From the IMG/VR virus record IMGVR_UViG_3300044701_001985: DNA of 20,000 nucleotides. One strand, written 5' to 3'. Positions 6,402-16,997 of the stretch are shown here, in pieces. The position numbers and the translations under genes are program-made. Below the pieces are notes generated by a model. The model saw only the letters and a list, made by a program, of their open reading frames with translations, did no database searches and was not told where the DNA came from. Each line of letters opens with the position of its first letter. Positions within the stretch are counted from its first letter, which is position 1. This DNA comes from an uncultured virus (IMG/VR IMGVR_UViG_3300044701_001985). Lineage: Duplodnaviria; Heunggongvirae; Uroviricota; Caudoviricetes.

Positions 6402-6431
6402 TAAAACCTCTCCTTCGGGAGGGGTTTTATT
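6402..6431 (+). terminator. Rho-independent terminator closing the tRNA island
   Basis: AAAACCTCTCC-TTCG-GGAGGGGTTTT: cUUCGg tetraloop with a T-rich tail. Confidence 0.85.
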
Positions 6432-6432
6432 G

Positions 6433-6440
6433 TATAAATA
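6433..6440 (+). promoter_or_regulatory. T4-type late promoter for the fibre operon
   Basis: TATAAATA between the terminator and ATG 6482. Confidence 0.85.
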
Positions 6441-6481
6441 CTTTGAAGAAGAAAGCACACAACTAGTAGGTCTGAGTAATT

Positions 6482-9400
6482 ATGGCTCTTACAAGACTTG
6501 ATAATCTGTATTCAAGCAAAACTGGTAAATATCTCTATGTTTCTCCAGATGATTTCAATGCTACAGATGAGTTAGACAATAGAGGTAACTCTCCTTTACG
6601 TCCATTTAAGACAATTCAAAGAGCCTTTCTTGAAGTAGCCCGTTATTCTTATCTGCCAGGACAAGATAACGATAGATTTGACCAATTTAGCATCATGTTG
6701 ATGCCTGGTGATCACTTTATTGATAACAGACCAGGACTTGTTGAAATTGACCGAGGAGAAAAGCAAAGATATTTTGACGCTAAAACTTTAATTATTTCTA
6801 ATAGACAAGAAATTATTGATCGAGCTTTTGGCGAAATTGCTATTCAATATGACGAAGCTGCTTGGGGAACTGATTGGGTAGTACCTGGAGATCCAATTGA
6901 AAGTCCTTTAAATAGAGGATTTGACTCATATCGTTTAATTCAAAAAAATCGTCAAGAAATTATCAGTGGAGCTTTTGCTCAAATTGCTATTACTCATCCT
7001 ACATTTGTAAATCCAGATTCAGTTAAATGTCAACGTGATATTGGATTTTTTATTGATGCTGTATCTTTGGATGTATTGCTAGGTGGCGGTAATCGCTATA
7101 CTCGTAAATTCCTTCAAAATTACTTCAATAATTCTGGAACTGCTTGGATTGATAATGGTCTTCAGGGAGAAGAAGCAGAGTCAATCACTGCTTTTAATAA
7201 AGCAAGAGATTTGATGAAATCTGCTGTAACCAATCAGCTAACTTATAAAGATTTAACGCTCAATGCAGATCCTCTTACAGGATCAAATACCAATGTAAAT
7301 TCTTGTGCTGATATTCAAACTACAATTGACACTCTTACAGCAATTGTAACTAGTATTATTAATACTGGTAATCTTGAAAATCTTCCTGTAGAAACAGTTG
7401 CTACCATCGGTACTGGGGAAGCTAAGTGTAAACGTGACATTGGTTACATTGTTGATGCTGTTGCTGCTGACCTCGCTAATGGCGGAAATGCTAATGTCGT
7501 TGCCGCATCTAAAGCATATTTCACAAAAGAAGGTCTTCCAATTTCTAATGGTCTTTTGGGCGAAGAAGCACAATCTGTGTTTGCTTTTAATGCTGCTCGT
7601 GATATGATGAAAAAAGCTGTAACCAATCAGCTTTATTCAAAAGACTTAAATATTCTTGCTGGTCCAGCAACTTATGGCTCTGGTGGAGCAATTGTTCCAA
7701 ATCTTCCATCAGGAAATGCTGCTACTTGTGTTGATGTACAATCAACAATTGATACTCTTGTTAGCATCATTACCACTGTAATTTCAGAAGGAGATATTAC
7801 AAGTCTTTCTAGTATTCAAATTACTGGTGATATTCCAGTATTTAATTACAATAGAGCATTGGAAGAGTGGGAAGATAATTCTATTCTTGATCTTTCCAAT
7901 CCAGATAACGTTCTTTACAAATTTAATGCTTCTACTGGTGGTGCTATTGTTCCCAGAGGTTGCTCTCTAATCGGCTATGACCTACGTAGAACTATTGTTA
8001 GACCTCTTTATGTCCCCGATCCTGCTGACGGCACTCAGGAAAGAACTTCGATCTTTAATCTAACTGGTGGTTGTTATATTTGGCAATTTACCATCAAGGA
8101 CGGAGATTTATCAGAAAATTCTCCTCTTTATGATAGTAATGATAGAGTTGGTAAAGTGTATTTCCAGAAAGGAAATAATACTCAATTAGCAGTACCTGAG
8201 TATTCACACCACAAGATCACCATCATGACGTATGCTGATCTAGATGATCTAGATCTGTATTACAACAAAGTTGCTACTGCTTTTGCTTTATTCCAACCAA
8301 CAATTGATGATGGTGACTTAGAGGCTCTACCACAAGAAAATAGAATTGTGGGTCCTCTTTCTGATACAAGAAGCATTGTAAACCTTAGACTTAAGCAGTC
8401 AACAAATCCATCTAAGACTATAATTGTAGCTACTACTAAAATTGCTCATGGATATTTTGTAAATCAGTATGTTGCTATTGTAGATAATGGTCTCAATGAT
8501 TTATTAAATGGTACTTTCAAAGTAACTGCTGTTGATCAAGAAGATCCCCGAGTATTTGAGTATGAAGTTGCTACTACCCCAGCAATTTTAGGTCTTGATA
8601 TTAATGAAACTGGATACAGTAATTCCAGTACACCATCATTAAATTTGAGTGCTAGATCACAGGCAGAAATTGACTCTGTAGAATCCGCTTCACCATACGT
8701 TTTTAACTGTTCTATTCGTTCCACCTGGGGTCAGTGTGGTATGTGGGCAGATGGATCTAAAGCAACTGGATTCAAGTCGATGGTTGTTGCCCAGTATACT
8801 GGTGTTTCTCTACAAAGAGATGATAGAGCATTTATTCGTTATGACGAGTTCTCTAATACTTGGAATCAAGCATCATTAACAGACGCTTTTGCTACGATTC
8901 CTTACCATACCAAAGGTGATGCTTACTGGAAAGATGATTGGAGAAATTTCCACATCCGTGCTTCTGATGATTCTTTCATTCAGTGTGTTTCGGTATTTGC
9001 TGTAGGATTCTTTGATCACTTCTTGATGGAATCTGGCGGTGATATGTCTATCACCAACTCCAACTCTAACTTTGGTAACACTTCACTCCACGCTGTAGGA
9101 TTTAAAGGATTCTCTTTCAACCAGGATAAAGGTGGTTACATTACTGATATTATTCCTGTAAAAGAAGTTGATGATAGTGCCTTTAATGAAACGGAATTAA
9201 AGTATTATTCTATTGCTTTGCAGCCATCAAAAGATGTAACTAATCAAACTAAACTATATTATGGTAGCGATGATTCATATAGTCCTTTTGATAGGCCATC
9301 AACATCAATTAGCGGTTATAGACTTGGTGCTAAAACAGACGAAAAAATATTTTTAAAGCTAAAATCTCCTTCAGGAACAACAGAGAATTATTTCTCTACT

Positions 9401-12400
9401 GTTACTCCTAATGGCTTTAAGAGATATACTGTAGCTTTAGAAACTTTAAATCCCGATGGTATTTCAATTGATAACAGAGCACAGGATGCTTCAAATATTA
9501 TTGAAACCAACAAAACATTTATTCAGCAAGAAGCTTATGGATACATTCTTCAAAAGTATCCTGAACTTACTACCAAGACAACAATTAATATTTCTAAGTG
9601 TGAAAGAGATATCGGTTATTTTGTAGATGCTGTTGTTCAGGATTTGAGACTTGGTGGTAATATTAACACCATTCAGGCTGCTGAAGGTTATTATATTGGT
9701 GGTCAGCTAGCTTATATTCCTAACGAACTTAACGAAACTATTGAAGCGTTAGATTACGTTAAGAATCTTTGTATAGCAGCGATGAGAAATTATGATTATC
9801 TCATCAGAAATTGTATTACTACCCAAGGATCTGCTATTGTAGATATTGGTGATACTAGTGGTATTCTTGTTGGTATGAAAGTTACTCAATATGATTACAC
9901 TATAGCTAATTTTACTAATGGTAAATTAAATCCTCTTGCTACCCCTGTTCAAATAAATCCAGTAATTCCTAATAATGTTTATGTTAAGAGAATTGTCGAT
10001 TCAACTAGAATTGAATTAGGAAATATTGGAAGTAAATTAGATGAAGGATTGAGTGTACCTGCTAATTTAAATTCTTCTTCTGCTTATTTGTATTTTCAAT
10101 TCCCCAAAACAGCTTCTATTATTGATAGTGATTCAAACTTACAAGGAACTTGGGCAGCTACTCCAGCCATCAAAGATGACACTCTAATTCAAGATGTAAG
10201 CACTTGGGGTCCTACTGAAGGAAATGGATATCCAGAGTGTTCAAATGTAGCTAATGCTATTCAAGAATATTTTGTAAATATTTTCTTAATTCTTAACCAA
10301 GGATTAACGCCATTGGGCGGCAGAGAAATCGATGCTTCTAATTTAATTCTTTCCAACAAAGAATTAATTGTACAAGAAGCAATTGATAGAATGCTTGGAG
10401 ATAATTCTGGATTTAATTTATCCAGTTTTTACCCAGAATTTATTAGTGATGTAAGACTTTTTGTTGACGCTATTGCTTACAATGTTAAATTTGGTGGAAA
10501 TAATGATGTATATGATTTTTCTAGAGAATATGTACTTCAGCCAAATATTTTATCTGGAGAAAGACCTCAAGCTATTCAAGTTTATGTTGAAGTAAGAGAT
10601 CTTGCTATTCAAGCAATGAAAAATCAAGTGATTACTATTGAAGGTGATCACAATTTATCTCAAGTAATAGATAACACTGTTATTGGTGATATTTCTGGTG
10701 AAGCTGGGGTATATGATCCAGCAAATGATTGTGCTGATGTTGCCAGCACAATTACAACATTTGCTGGTATTTTAACTCAAGCTATTGGAACTGATGCTGA
10801 TCCTGGAGATTTGATAGGAATTAATAGAACTGAACCAGAATTTAATAATGTAACACGAGTTGAACCAGTTCTTGATACAGCTAATCTTGCTTCTAGATCA
10901 ACTTTATTTACAGTAAATACTGGTGGTGGCACTTCTAATCCACATAAATTTGAAACTGGTACGGCAGTTCGTCTAGTACCCAAAGCGAGGGAAGGAACTA
11001 ATCCAGACAAGAGAGTAATTAGACTTCCTAGAGGATTTGAAACCAATACAATTTACTATGTAATTGCTCCTGGCAGAGCAACTTCTCCAGAAGATTATTC
11101 GGATGAAGTAAAATATCCAAATACTTTTGGATCAGATGAATCTACTAAGATTATGCTTGCCAGAACTAAAGAAAACGCAGCTGCTGGCATTTACATCTAT
11201 TCATCAGAAACTGATTCTATAGATCCTGATGTAGAAATTGAACTTCAGCAATATGTATTAGATGATACATACGACTTACATCAATACCTATGTAACTTTG
11301 TTACTGGTCAAACTGATGTAATTCAAACAGACGTTCCTCATATTTTTGATGTACCTTCTTCTTCGGATACAGTACATAAAGTATTCTTTAGAACTTTTGG
11401 TGATCCTAGCGAATCAGAACTACCTCAAATTACTAATGCTGGCATTACTGAACCAATTGATACTACTACGTACTACTACGCTAGATTTGTAACTCCAAAA
11501 ACATTTGCTCTATTTTATAGTTCTGCTGAAGCTATCGCTGGAACACCTAGAATTATTTTTACTCCAGGTTTTGGTAAAAATTTCTACGTATTTTCTGATA
11601 AAAGAGAAAGCCCAGTTAAGTTTGATGCTGCTTTAGTTAATTCAGATACAACAACTGGTCAATGGTATATTAATACAAAAAATGAAATTAGCAATAATTT
11701 TAACATTATTAAAAGAATTCAAGAGCTTGGTGATACATTAAAAGATGCTAGAAGTAAAAATACTTTCTATAAGAGACTTAAAGACGGCAGAAACGCTCAG
11801 GATAGAATTTATCGTTTACGTTATGTAATTCCTGAGTATGCTCAAGGTGTTCGTGATCCTCTTAATGGATTTGTTCTCAAAGCAAGAACTGACGAAACTA
11901 GAAAACTTTTACCACAAAGAATTGTTCTTTCTCCCGTTGCTTCTGGATCACCTGATCTAGCTTATTTTGAAATTCAAGTACAACAACCAACTGGAGGAAC
12001 AATTGCTCAGCAATTAGGTCTTCCTAAGAATGAACTAGATATTAATTTTGCTTATGATCCCTATAATATTAATCAAGTAAAAGTAGTTGATAGTGACAAA
12101 ACCCAGAGTAAAGTATCGTTTAGCATTCAGTCTGCTCGTCAAGTAGAAGTAGAAGGTTCAAATTATCTTGAGCTAACTGTATTTGATTATGGTATTACTA
12201 ACGATCAGTTAAGAAACGAGAAATTCACTACTGTTAAAATTAATGCCCCTCAGGGTGGATCGTTTAGATTCAACACTTTAAGTAGTGTATCTAATAACAG
12301 AATTACTTGGTCTGGATTCTCCGCTGGTTCTGGTTATCTACAAGGTTATTTTAATGTTGAAGATACCGATGAACATTATTTAATTATCAAAAATATTGAT

Positions 12401-15400
12401 GATAATAAGAGAATTGAATACAATTCATTGGTAGATACTGTGTTCACACAACCTGTTCTTGATAATGACGGGGAACCAGTATTTGATGGCAACGGCAATG
12501 CTGTTGTAATTTTTGCTACTTTAGAAGCTAAAGAAAATAGTGTAGGAAGCCCAAATAATACACTTAGTAAGTCTGATAGAAAAGATTATCTATACAGTAT
12601 TAAGGATGCTAATGTATTAACAATGACTCCTGGTGATATTATCGAAGACGATGATAGCACCCAGTACAGAATTATTTCTGTTGAAGATGCTGGGGAGATC
12701 GAAGATTCATTCTATATTTTTGACATTGATGAAATTCAACGCCGTATTCCTAATCAACAAGCTGGTATTTACTATCTAACTTGTATTAAAGGAAATGTTT
12801 CTCCATATCCAACTGGTCCTGGTGTTGGTACAAACTTCAGAAACTTTAAATTCAGCCAACCAATTTCTCAATTATATCCATTAGATTATAAGAATGATCC
12901 ATTATGGTTCCAAGTAAGACCAGATGGTACGAGAGATACGTCAATTACTGATGTTCCTGCTACAATTTGTGCTGCTGATAACTTTGTACATGGTCTTGTA
13001 ACAACAAACGATTCAAAGAATAGTGAAACTAAAGAAGTTGTTTTAGATTTTATTAATAATCCAGCACTTGATAGATATGATTATGTTACAAATGCCATTA
13101 CTGCTCAGTCTGGTAATGCTACTTCTGGATCTGAAGACAGATTAATTCCTATTTCAGGTGATTCTCCATATCCAACAGAAAATAGACTATATGTAGAACT
13201 TCGTCGTCCATCTATTGCTCGTTCTGGAAACCATACGTTTGAATACTTAGGATTTGGTCCTGGTAACTACTCAACTGGCTTCCCACTACGTCAGGAAGTT
13301 GTTCTTTCAGATATTCAAGACTTCTATGCTCAGTCTAAGCGTGAAGATGGTGGTATTGTATTCTACACTGGTCTAAACTCTAACGGCGATCTTTATATTG
13401 GTAATAGAAAGATCAACGCTATCACTGGCGAAGAAACATTCCTTGAAAAAGCTGAGCTAGTTTCTTCTGATGATGAAGAGGGAGATCTCGGCGGTCTAGT
13501 AACTACATTTGAACTACCTGTAGTATTTGAGAGAGATATTACTGTAGATGGTGATGCCAATTTTAATAATCCAGTTACAATCAATGTAGAACCACAGGAG
13601 CCATTCGCTCTAACTGTAGTTTCTAACTTGAATTCTGCTGCTGGTGAAGATGTAACATTAGATAGTGCTACATTTGCTTTAAGTGACATTCCTTCTGAAG
13701 GCAATATTGTACTTAGCAAGAATAACATTTATTCTGCTATCTTTACTTTAAACCCAAGAGGAAATACTGCTTTAAGTGGTCAAAACTACAGCATTAGAAC
13801 ACATGTAGATCAAACAAACGGTAATGTTCCATCAAATTATACTCCAAATCAAGAATTAAATACTCTTGGATTAAATGTTGAATTTGGTTCTGTTTCTCCA
13901 ATTCCAGGCGATATCCTTCTAAAAGGAAATCAAGTAGACAAAACTGGATCTCTTGGTTGGATTTTCAGCAATTTCTACGATGAAGTAACTGAGAGTGTAT
14001 TTACTGTTACTGCTCTTGGTTCTAATGTTGTTGAATTTACACTACAAGTTGGTGTAACTAATGCTGATATTGGAATTGTCCAAGGTTCTAAATTAAAAAT
14101 TACTGGATTTACTGGAAGATTTGCTAATTTAAATGGACTAAGAACAGTTGGCACAGTTACAACTAATAAATTCCAAGTAACATCTCCATTTATTATTTCT
14201 ACCAGTATTGATGATCCAACAATTATTCCAGCTGACTGGAAAATTGAAATTTCTAGAAATTCTTGGAAAGAATTTGGAGTTCTAGGTGCCGAAACAATTA
14301 GAACAAATACTGATAACTATGGTGACTTTAAGCTAGGAATTAACACTCTTTCTAGAGCAAAGCATGGTAGTGGTGGGGATCAATTAGAAGGATTTGTATC
14401 CGAAGCAGTTGATCCTAGAGCAAACTTAGACGTAGTTGGCAATGCTTTCATTAGTGGTAGAACTCTAAGTACAACACCAAATAATTTTATTGATAACCCA
14501 CTTCTAGCAAATAGAACATTTAATAAAGTTGATCATGCTTTCATTGTAGGTTTTGACCCGAGAGTAAATACTCCAGACGACGAAGTTGTTCTTCGTGTTG
14601 CTTCAACAACTGCAGTAACTGCTTCAAATGTTGGTGGTAGAATTGGTATTAACACTACACTAGCTGAATTAGATAGAAATTTTGTAGTCAAGGGTAATGC
14701 TAGAATTACAAATGATCTTAAATTAGAATCTAATTTGGCGATAAATGGTGGATCATTAACTACTACTAGCACAGCGTTTAATTTAATTGATACGGTTGCT
14801 ACTTCTGTAAATGCTTTTAGTGTTGCTGAAGAGTTAAACATAGGTAATATTACAAATGAAGATCAGACAATTAACGTTGGTAATGTTTCTAATACTCAAG
14901 TAGTAAACGTTGGTAGATTTGCTCCAATTACAGAACTTTGGATTCATAGTGGATCTACTAATTCCTTAATTGATATTGGTACAGTATCTGAAACAAATAC
15001 TAACACCAGCATTATCAGAATGGGTGGTGCTTATGGAAAACTCAGTAACGTAGAAAGTTTATTTAATATTAAAAATAGATTCACTGAAATTGATGGTAAT
15101 TTAACAATTGGTACATATAATCCTCCTGGCACTGGATTTTCTGAGTTCCAAGTTAATTCTAGAGAACTTGAGATGTTCAGTAGAAACGTTTCTACACTTG
15201 ATTTTGCTACGTCTGTAACAAGATTAAAGATTGGTGGAGCTGGTGGTTTCACGACGATTAACAATACTCTTGTTGCTGAAAACGCCGCCGAAATTAAAGG
15301 TGATATTACATTAATTGGTGGTTTAAACGCTGGTGCTTTCACTGTAAGAAGAGGATCTTTTGGAACTCCTACTACATTACATTCCAGAGGAAATATTGAT

Positions 15401-16996
15401 AATTTAAATGTCGATATTTTCAAAAAAGTTGAAATTGAAAGAACCATTGATACTCAAGGTCTATCACTATGGGGCGGAAGTGAGTATCAAGTTAACCCAG
15501 CTAATCCAGAAGAATATTTCTTACCTATTGGGGAGGAAAGCTTCAATCAATTTGGTATTGGTGATTATGTCCTTATTGATCGTTCTCTCCAAGTAACAGG
15601 TCAAAATACTACAGCTTCTCCAGTTGGCGAACAATATAGCGAACTTGTACAAGTTATTGAATTAACTAATTTAAATGATATTTCCGATCTGCCACTAAGA
15701 ATTAAAGTCCGAAGAGCAAGAAATGCTCTTACTGGCGATCAGCTAATGGTTTCTGGACCAAATGTAGGATCTTCCACTGGAACTTATCGTTACCTAAGAA
15801 CTGATCACCCAGATAATGCTGTTCTTGTTAAATATACTCTAGCAAATGATGTAAGTTTTATTAATGAAGAAAATGGATTGAATAATCCAGGTTCTGGAAC
15901 TATACAGACAATTCAAACTGGTGTATTCAGCGGATCTGTAATTTCTGGCGATATTTTGAGATTTAGTGACGGAGAACTAGCTAATGTAAATGCTATCAAC
16001 CAAACGACAAACCAGAAATTTGTTATCAATGATGGTGGTAATCCAGCAACTGAAGTATTTGTAGTAGATTCAACCACAGGCAATACTGACATTCTTGGAA
16101 CTTTAAATGTTAATAAGACATTTACATTAATTGGATCAACAACTACAAACCAAGAACGTTTAGTTATTACTAATGGAACCAGTCAAAGGTTTGCTGTTGA
16201 TAGTGCTACTGGCAATACATGTATCTTTGGTGATCTTGGTATTGGTGGTGCTAACTGTGATAGATTTACTGTACAAGGTTCTACATCCAACACTACATTG
16301 AGAGGCGGTAATTTACTAATTACTGACAATAATCCTGTTGATGATGGCGACGGCGGACTTGTATTTGGTCAGAAACTATTCTTACAGAATAGCACTGGAA
16401 ACCTAACAATTTCTGGAACCCTATCTGTAGAAGGAACTGGCCTCAGCACATTCTCTGGCGATGTTAAGATTAACGGTGGCGATCTAACAGTCAACAAGAT
16501 TGTTAGTGATGGTGATGGTGGAACTCTAGAGCAAAAACTATTTGAAATCGGCAACGATGGATCAATGGATTTTGCTGGAGTTACTGGATTCTTTACTCCA
16601 TCTGGTGCCAGAAAGTGGGTATATGTCAGTGGTGGAGAAGATGTTATCGAGGCTGTATCTAATGTGAATTACTTCGTTGCTCCTAGTGCCGATACTATTG
16701 TCAAGCTTCCACAAAATCCAACAACAGGTGATATTATTAGAGTAGTTGATGTTGGTGGAAACCTAACATACAATATTTCCTTGAGATTTAGAGGACCAAC
16801 TGGTGTTCGTGTACAGGGTGATAGTACAAATTCTGGACAAGGACCTTCTATCGGTTCTACATATAATGGTGGTGAACTAGTAGTACAATCTCCAAATGCT
16901 GGTCTTGGGTTAGTATACGTTGGAGCATTAAATTATGATGGAACTACTACTGGTGCTCCTCCTTCACAACAAGGTTGGTGGTTAATGGAAATCTAA
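6482..16996 (+). CDS. Giant virion structural protein / tail fibre (3504 aa)
   Basis: Uninterrupted ORF after a late promoter. The N-terminus (LYVSPDD..ATD...NRGNS..RPFKTIQRA) is of the cyanomyovirus fibre type. It has four internal helical modules and a Gly/Thr/Asn-rich beta-repeat C-terminal part. Confidence 0.85.
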   Translation: MALTRLDNLYSSKTGKYLYVSPDDFNATDELDNRGNSPLRPFKTIQRAFLEVARYSYLPGQDNDRFDQFSIMLMPGDHFIDNRPGLVEIDRGEKQRYFDAKTLIISNRQEIIDRAFGEIAIQYDEAAWGTDWVVPGDPIESPLNRGFDSYRLIQKNRQEIISGAFAQIAITHPTFVNPDSVKCQRDIGFFIDAVSLDVLLGGGNRYTRKFLQNYFNNSGTAWIDNGLQGEEAESITAFNKARDLMKSAVTNQLTYKDLTLNADPLTGSNTNVNSCADIQTTIDTLTAIVTSIINTGNLENLPVETVATIGTGEAKCKRDIGYIVDAVAADLANGGNANVVAASKAYFTKEGLPISNGLLGEEAQSVFAFNAARDMMKKAVTNQLYSKDLNILAGPATYGSGGAIVPNLPSGNAATCVDVQSTIDTLVSIITTVISEGDITSLSSIQITGDIPVFNYNRALEEWEDNSILDLSNPDNVLYKFNASTGGAIVPRGCSLIGYDLRRTIVRPLYVPDPADGTQERTSIFNLTGGCYIWQFTIKDGDLSENSPLYDSNDRVGKVYFQKGNNTQLAVPEYSHHKITIMTYADLDDLDLYYNKVATAFALFQPTIDDGDLEALPQENRIVGPLSDTRSIVNLRLKQSTNPSKTIIVATTKIAHGYFVNQYVAIVDNGLNDLLNGTFKVTAVDQEDPRVFEYEVATTPAILGLDINETGYSNSSTPSLNLSARSQAEIDSVESASPYVFNCSIRSTWGQCGMWADGSKATGFKSMVVAQYTGVSLQRDDRAFIRYDEFSNTWNQASLTDAFATIPYHTKGDAYWKDDWRNFHIRASDDSFIQCVSVFAVGFFDHFLMESGGDMSITNSNSNFGNTSLHAVGFKGFSFNQDKGGYITDIIPVKEVDDSAFNETELKYYSIALQPSKDVTNQTKLYYGSDDSYSPFDRPSTSISGYRLGAKTDEKIFLKLKSPSGTTENYFSTVTPNGFKRYTVALETLNPDGISIDNRAQDASNIIETNKTFIQQEAYGYILQKYPELTTKTTINISKCERDIGYFVDAVVQDLRLGGNINTIQAAEGYYIGGQLAYIPNELNETIEALDYVKNLCIAAMRNYDYLIRNCITTQGSAIVDIGDTSGILVGMKVTQYDYTIANFTNGKLNPLATPVQINPVIPNNVYVKRIVDSTRIELGNIGSKLDEGLSVPANLNSSSAYLYFQFPKTASIIDSDSNLQGTWAATPAIKDDTLIQDVSTWGPTEGNGYPECSNVANAIQEYFVNIFLILNQGLTPLGGREIDASNLILSNKELIVQEAIDRMLGDNSGFNLSSFYPEFISDVRLFVDAIAYNVKFGGNNDVYDFSREYVLQPNILSGERPQAIQVYVEVRDLAIQAMKNQVITIEGDHNLSQVIDNTVIGDISGEAGVYDPANDCADVASTITTFAGILTQAIGTDADPGDLIGINRTEPEFNNVTRVEPVLDTANLASRSTLFTVNTGGGTSNPHKFETGTAVRLVPKAREGTNPDKRVIRLPRGFETNTIYYVIAPGRATSPEDYSDEVKYPNTFGSDESTKIMLARTKENAAAGIYIYSSETDSIDPDVEIELQQYVLDDTYDLHQYLCNFVTGQTDVIQTDVPHIFDVPSSSDTVHKVFFRTFGDPSESELPQITNAGITEPIDTTTYYYARFVTPKTFALFYSSAEAIAGTPRIIFTPGFGKNFYVFSDKRESPVKFDAALVNSDTTTGQWYINTKNEISNNFNIIKRIQELGDTLKDARSKNTFYKRLKDGRNAQDRIYRLRYVIPEYAQGVRDPLNGFVLKARTDETRKLLPQRIVLSPVASGSPDLAYFEIQVQQPTGGTIAQQLGLPKNELDINFAYDPYNINQVKVVDSDKTQSKVSFSIQSARQVEVEGSNYLELTVFDYGITNDQLRNEKFTTVKINAPQGGSFRFNTLSSVSNNRITWSGFSAGSGYLQGYFNVEDTDEHYLIIKNIDDNKRIEYNSLVDTVFTQPVLDNDGEPVFDGNGNAVVIFATLEAKENSVGSPNNTLSKSDRKDYLYSIKDANVLTMTPGDIIEDDDSTQYRIISVEDAGEIEDSFYIFDIDEIQRRIPNQQAGIYYLTCIKGNVSPYPTGPGVGTNFRNFKFSQPISQLYPLDYKNDPLWFQVRPDGTRDTSITDVPATICAADNFVHGLVTTNDSKNSETKEVVLDFINNPALDRYDYVTNAITAQSGNATSGSEDRLIPISGDSPYPTENRLYVELRRPSIARSGNHTFEYLGFGPGNYSTGFPLRQEVVLSDIQDFYAQSKREDGGIVFYTGLNSNGDLYIGNRKINAITGEETFLEKAELVSSDDEEGDLGGLVTTFELPVVFERDITVDGDANFNNPVTINVEPQEPFALTVVSNLNSAAGEDVTLDSATFALSDIPSEGNIVLSKNNIYSAIFTLNPRGNTALSGQNYSIRTHVDQTNGNVPSNYTPNQELNTLGLNVEFGSVSPIPGDILLKGNQVDKTGSLGWIFSNFYDEVTESVFTVTALGSNVVEFTLQVGVTNADIGIVQGSKLKITGFTGRFANLNGLRTVGTVTTNKFQVTSPFIISTSIDDPTIIPADWKIEISRNSWKEFGVLGAETIRTNTDNYGDFKLGINTLSRAKHGSGGDQLEGFVSEAVDPRANLDVVGNAFISGRTLSTTPNNFIDNPLLANRTFNKVDHAFIVGFDPRVNTPDDEVVLRVASTTAVTASNVGGRIGINTTLAELDRNFVVKGNARITNDLKLESNLAINGGSLTTTSTAFNLIDTVATSVNAFSVAEELNIGNITNEDQTINVGNVSNTQVVNVGRFAPITELWIHSGSTNSLIDIGTVSETNTNTSIIRMGGAYGKLSNVESLFNIKNRFTEIDGNLTIGTYNPPGTGFSEFQVNSRELEMFSRNVSTLDFATSVTRLKIGGAGGFTTINNTLVAENAAEIKGDITLIGGLNAGAFTVRRGSFGTPTTLHSRGNIDNLNVDIFKKVEIERTIDTQGLSLWGGSEYQVNPANPEEYFLPIGEESFNQFGIGDYVLIDRSLQVTGQNTTASPVGEQYSELVQVIELTNLNDISDLPLRIKVRRARNALTGDQLMVSGPNVGSSTGTYRYLRTDHPDNAVLVKYTLANDVSFINEENGLNNPGSGTIQTIQTGVFSGSVISGDILRFSDGELANVNAINQTTNQKFVINDGGNPATEVFVVDSTTGNTDILGTLNVNKTFTLIGSTTTNQERLVITNGTSQRFAVDSATGNTCIFGDLGIGGANCDRFTVQGSTSNTTLRGGNLLITDNNPVDDGDGGLVFGQKLFLQNSTGNLTISGTLSVEGTGLSTFSGDVKINGGDLTVNKIVSDGDGGTLEQKLFEIGNDGSMDFAGVTGFFTPSGARKWVYVSGGEDVIEAVSNVNYFVAPSADTIVKLPQNPTTGDIIRVVDVGGNLTYNISLRFRGPTGVRVQGDSTNSGQGPSIGSTYNGGELVVQSPNAGLGLVYVGALNYDGTTTGAPPSQQGWWLMEI

Positions 16997-16997
16997 A

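Noticed and set aside
6258..6501. ORFs 6289-6501(+) and 6258-6458(-)
   Set aside because: They run through tRNA-Asn, the terminator and the late promoter.
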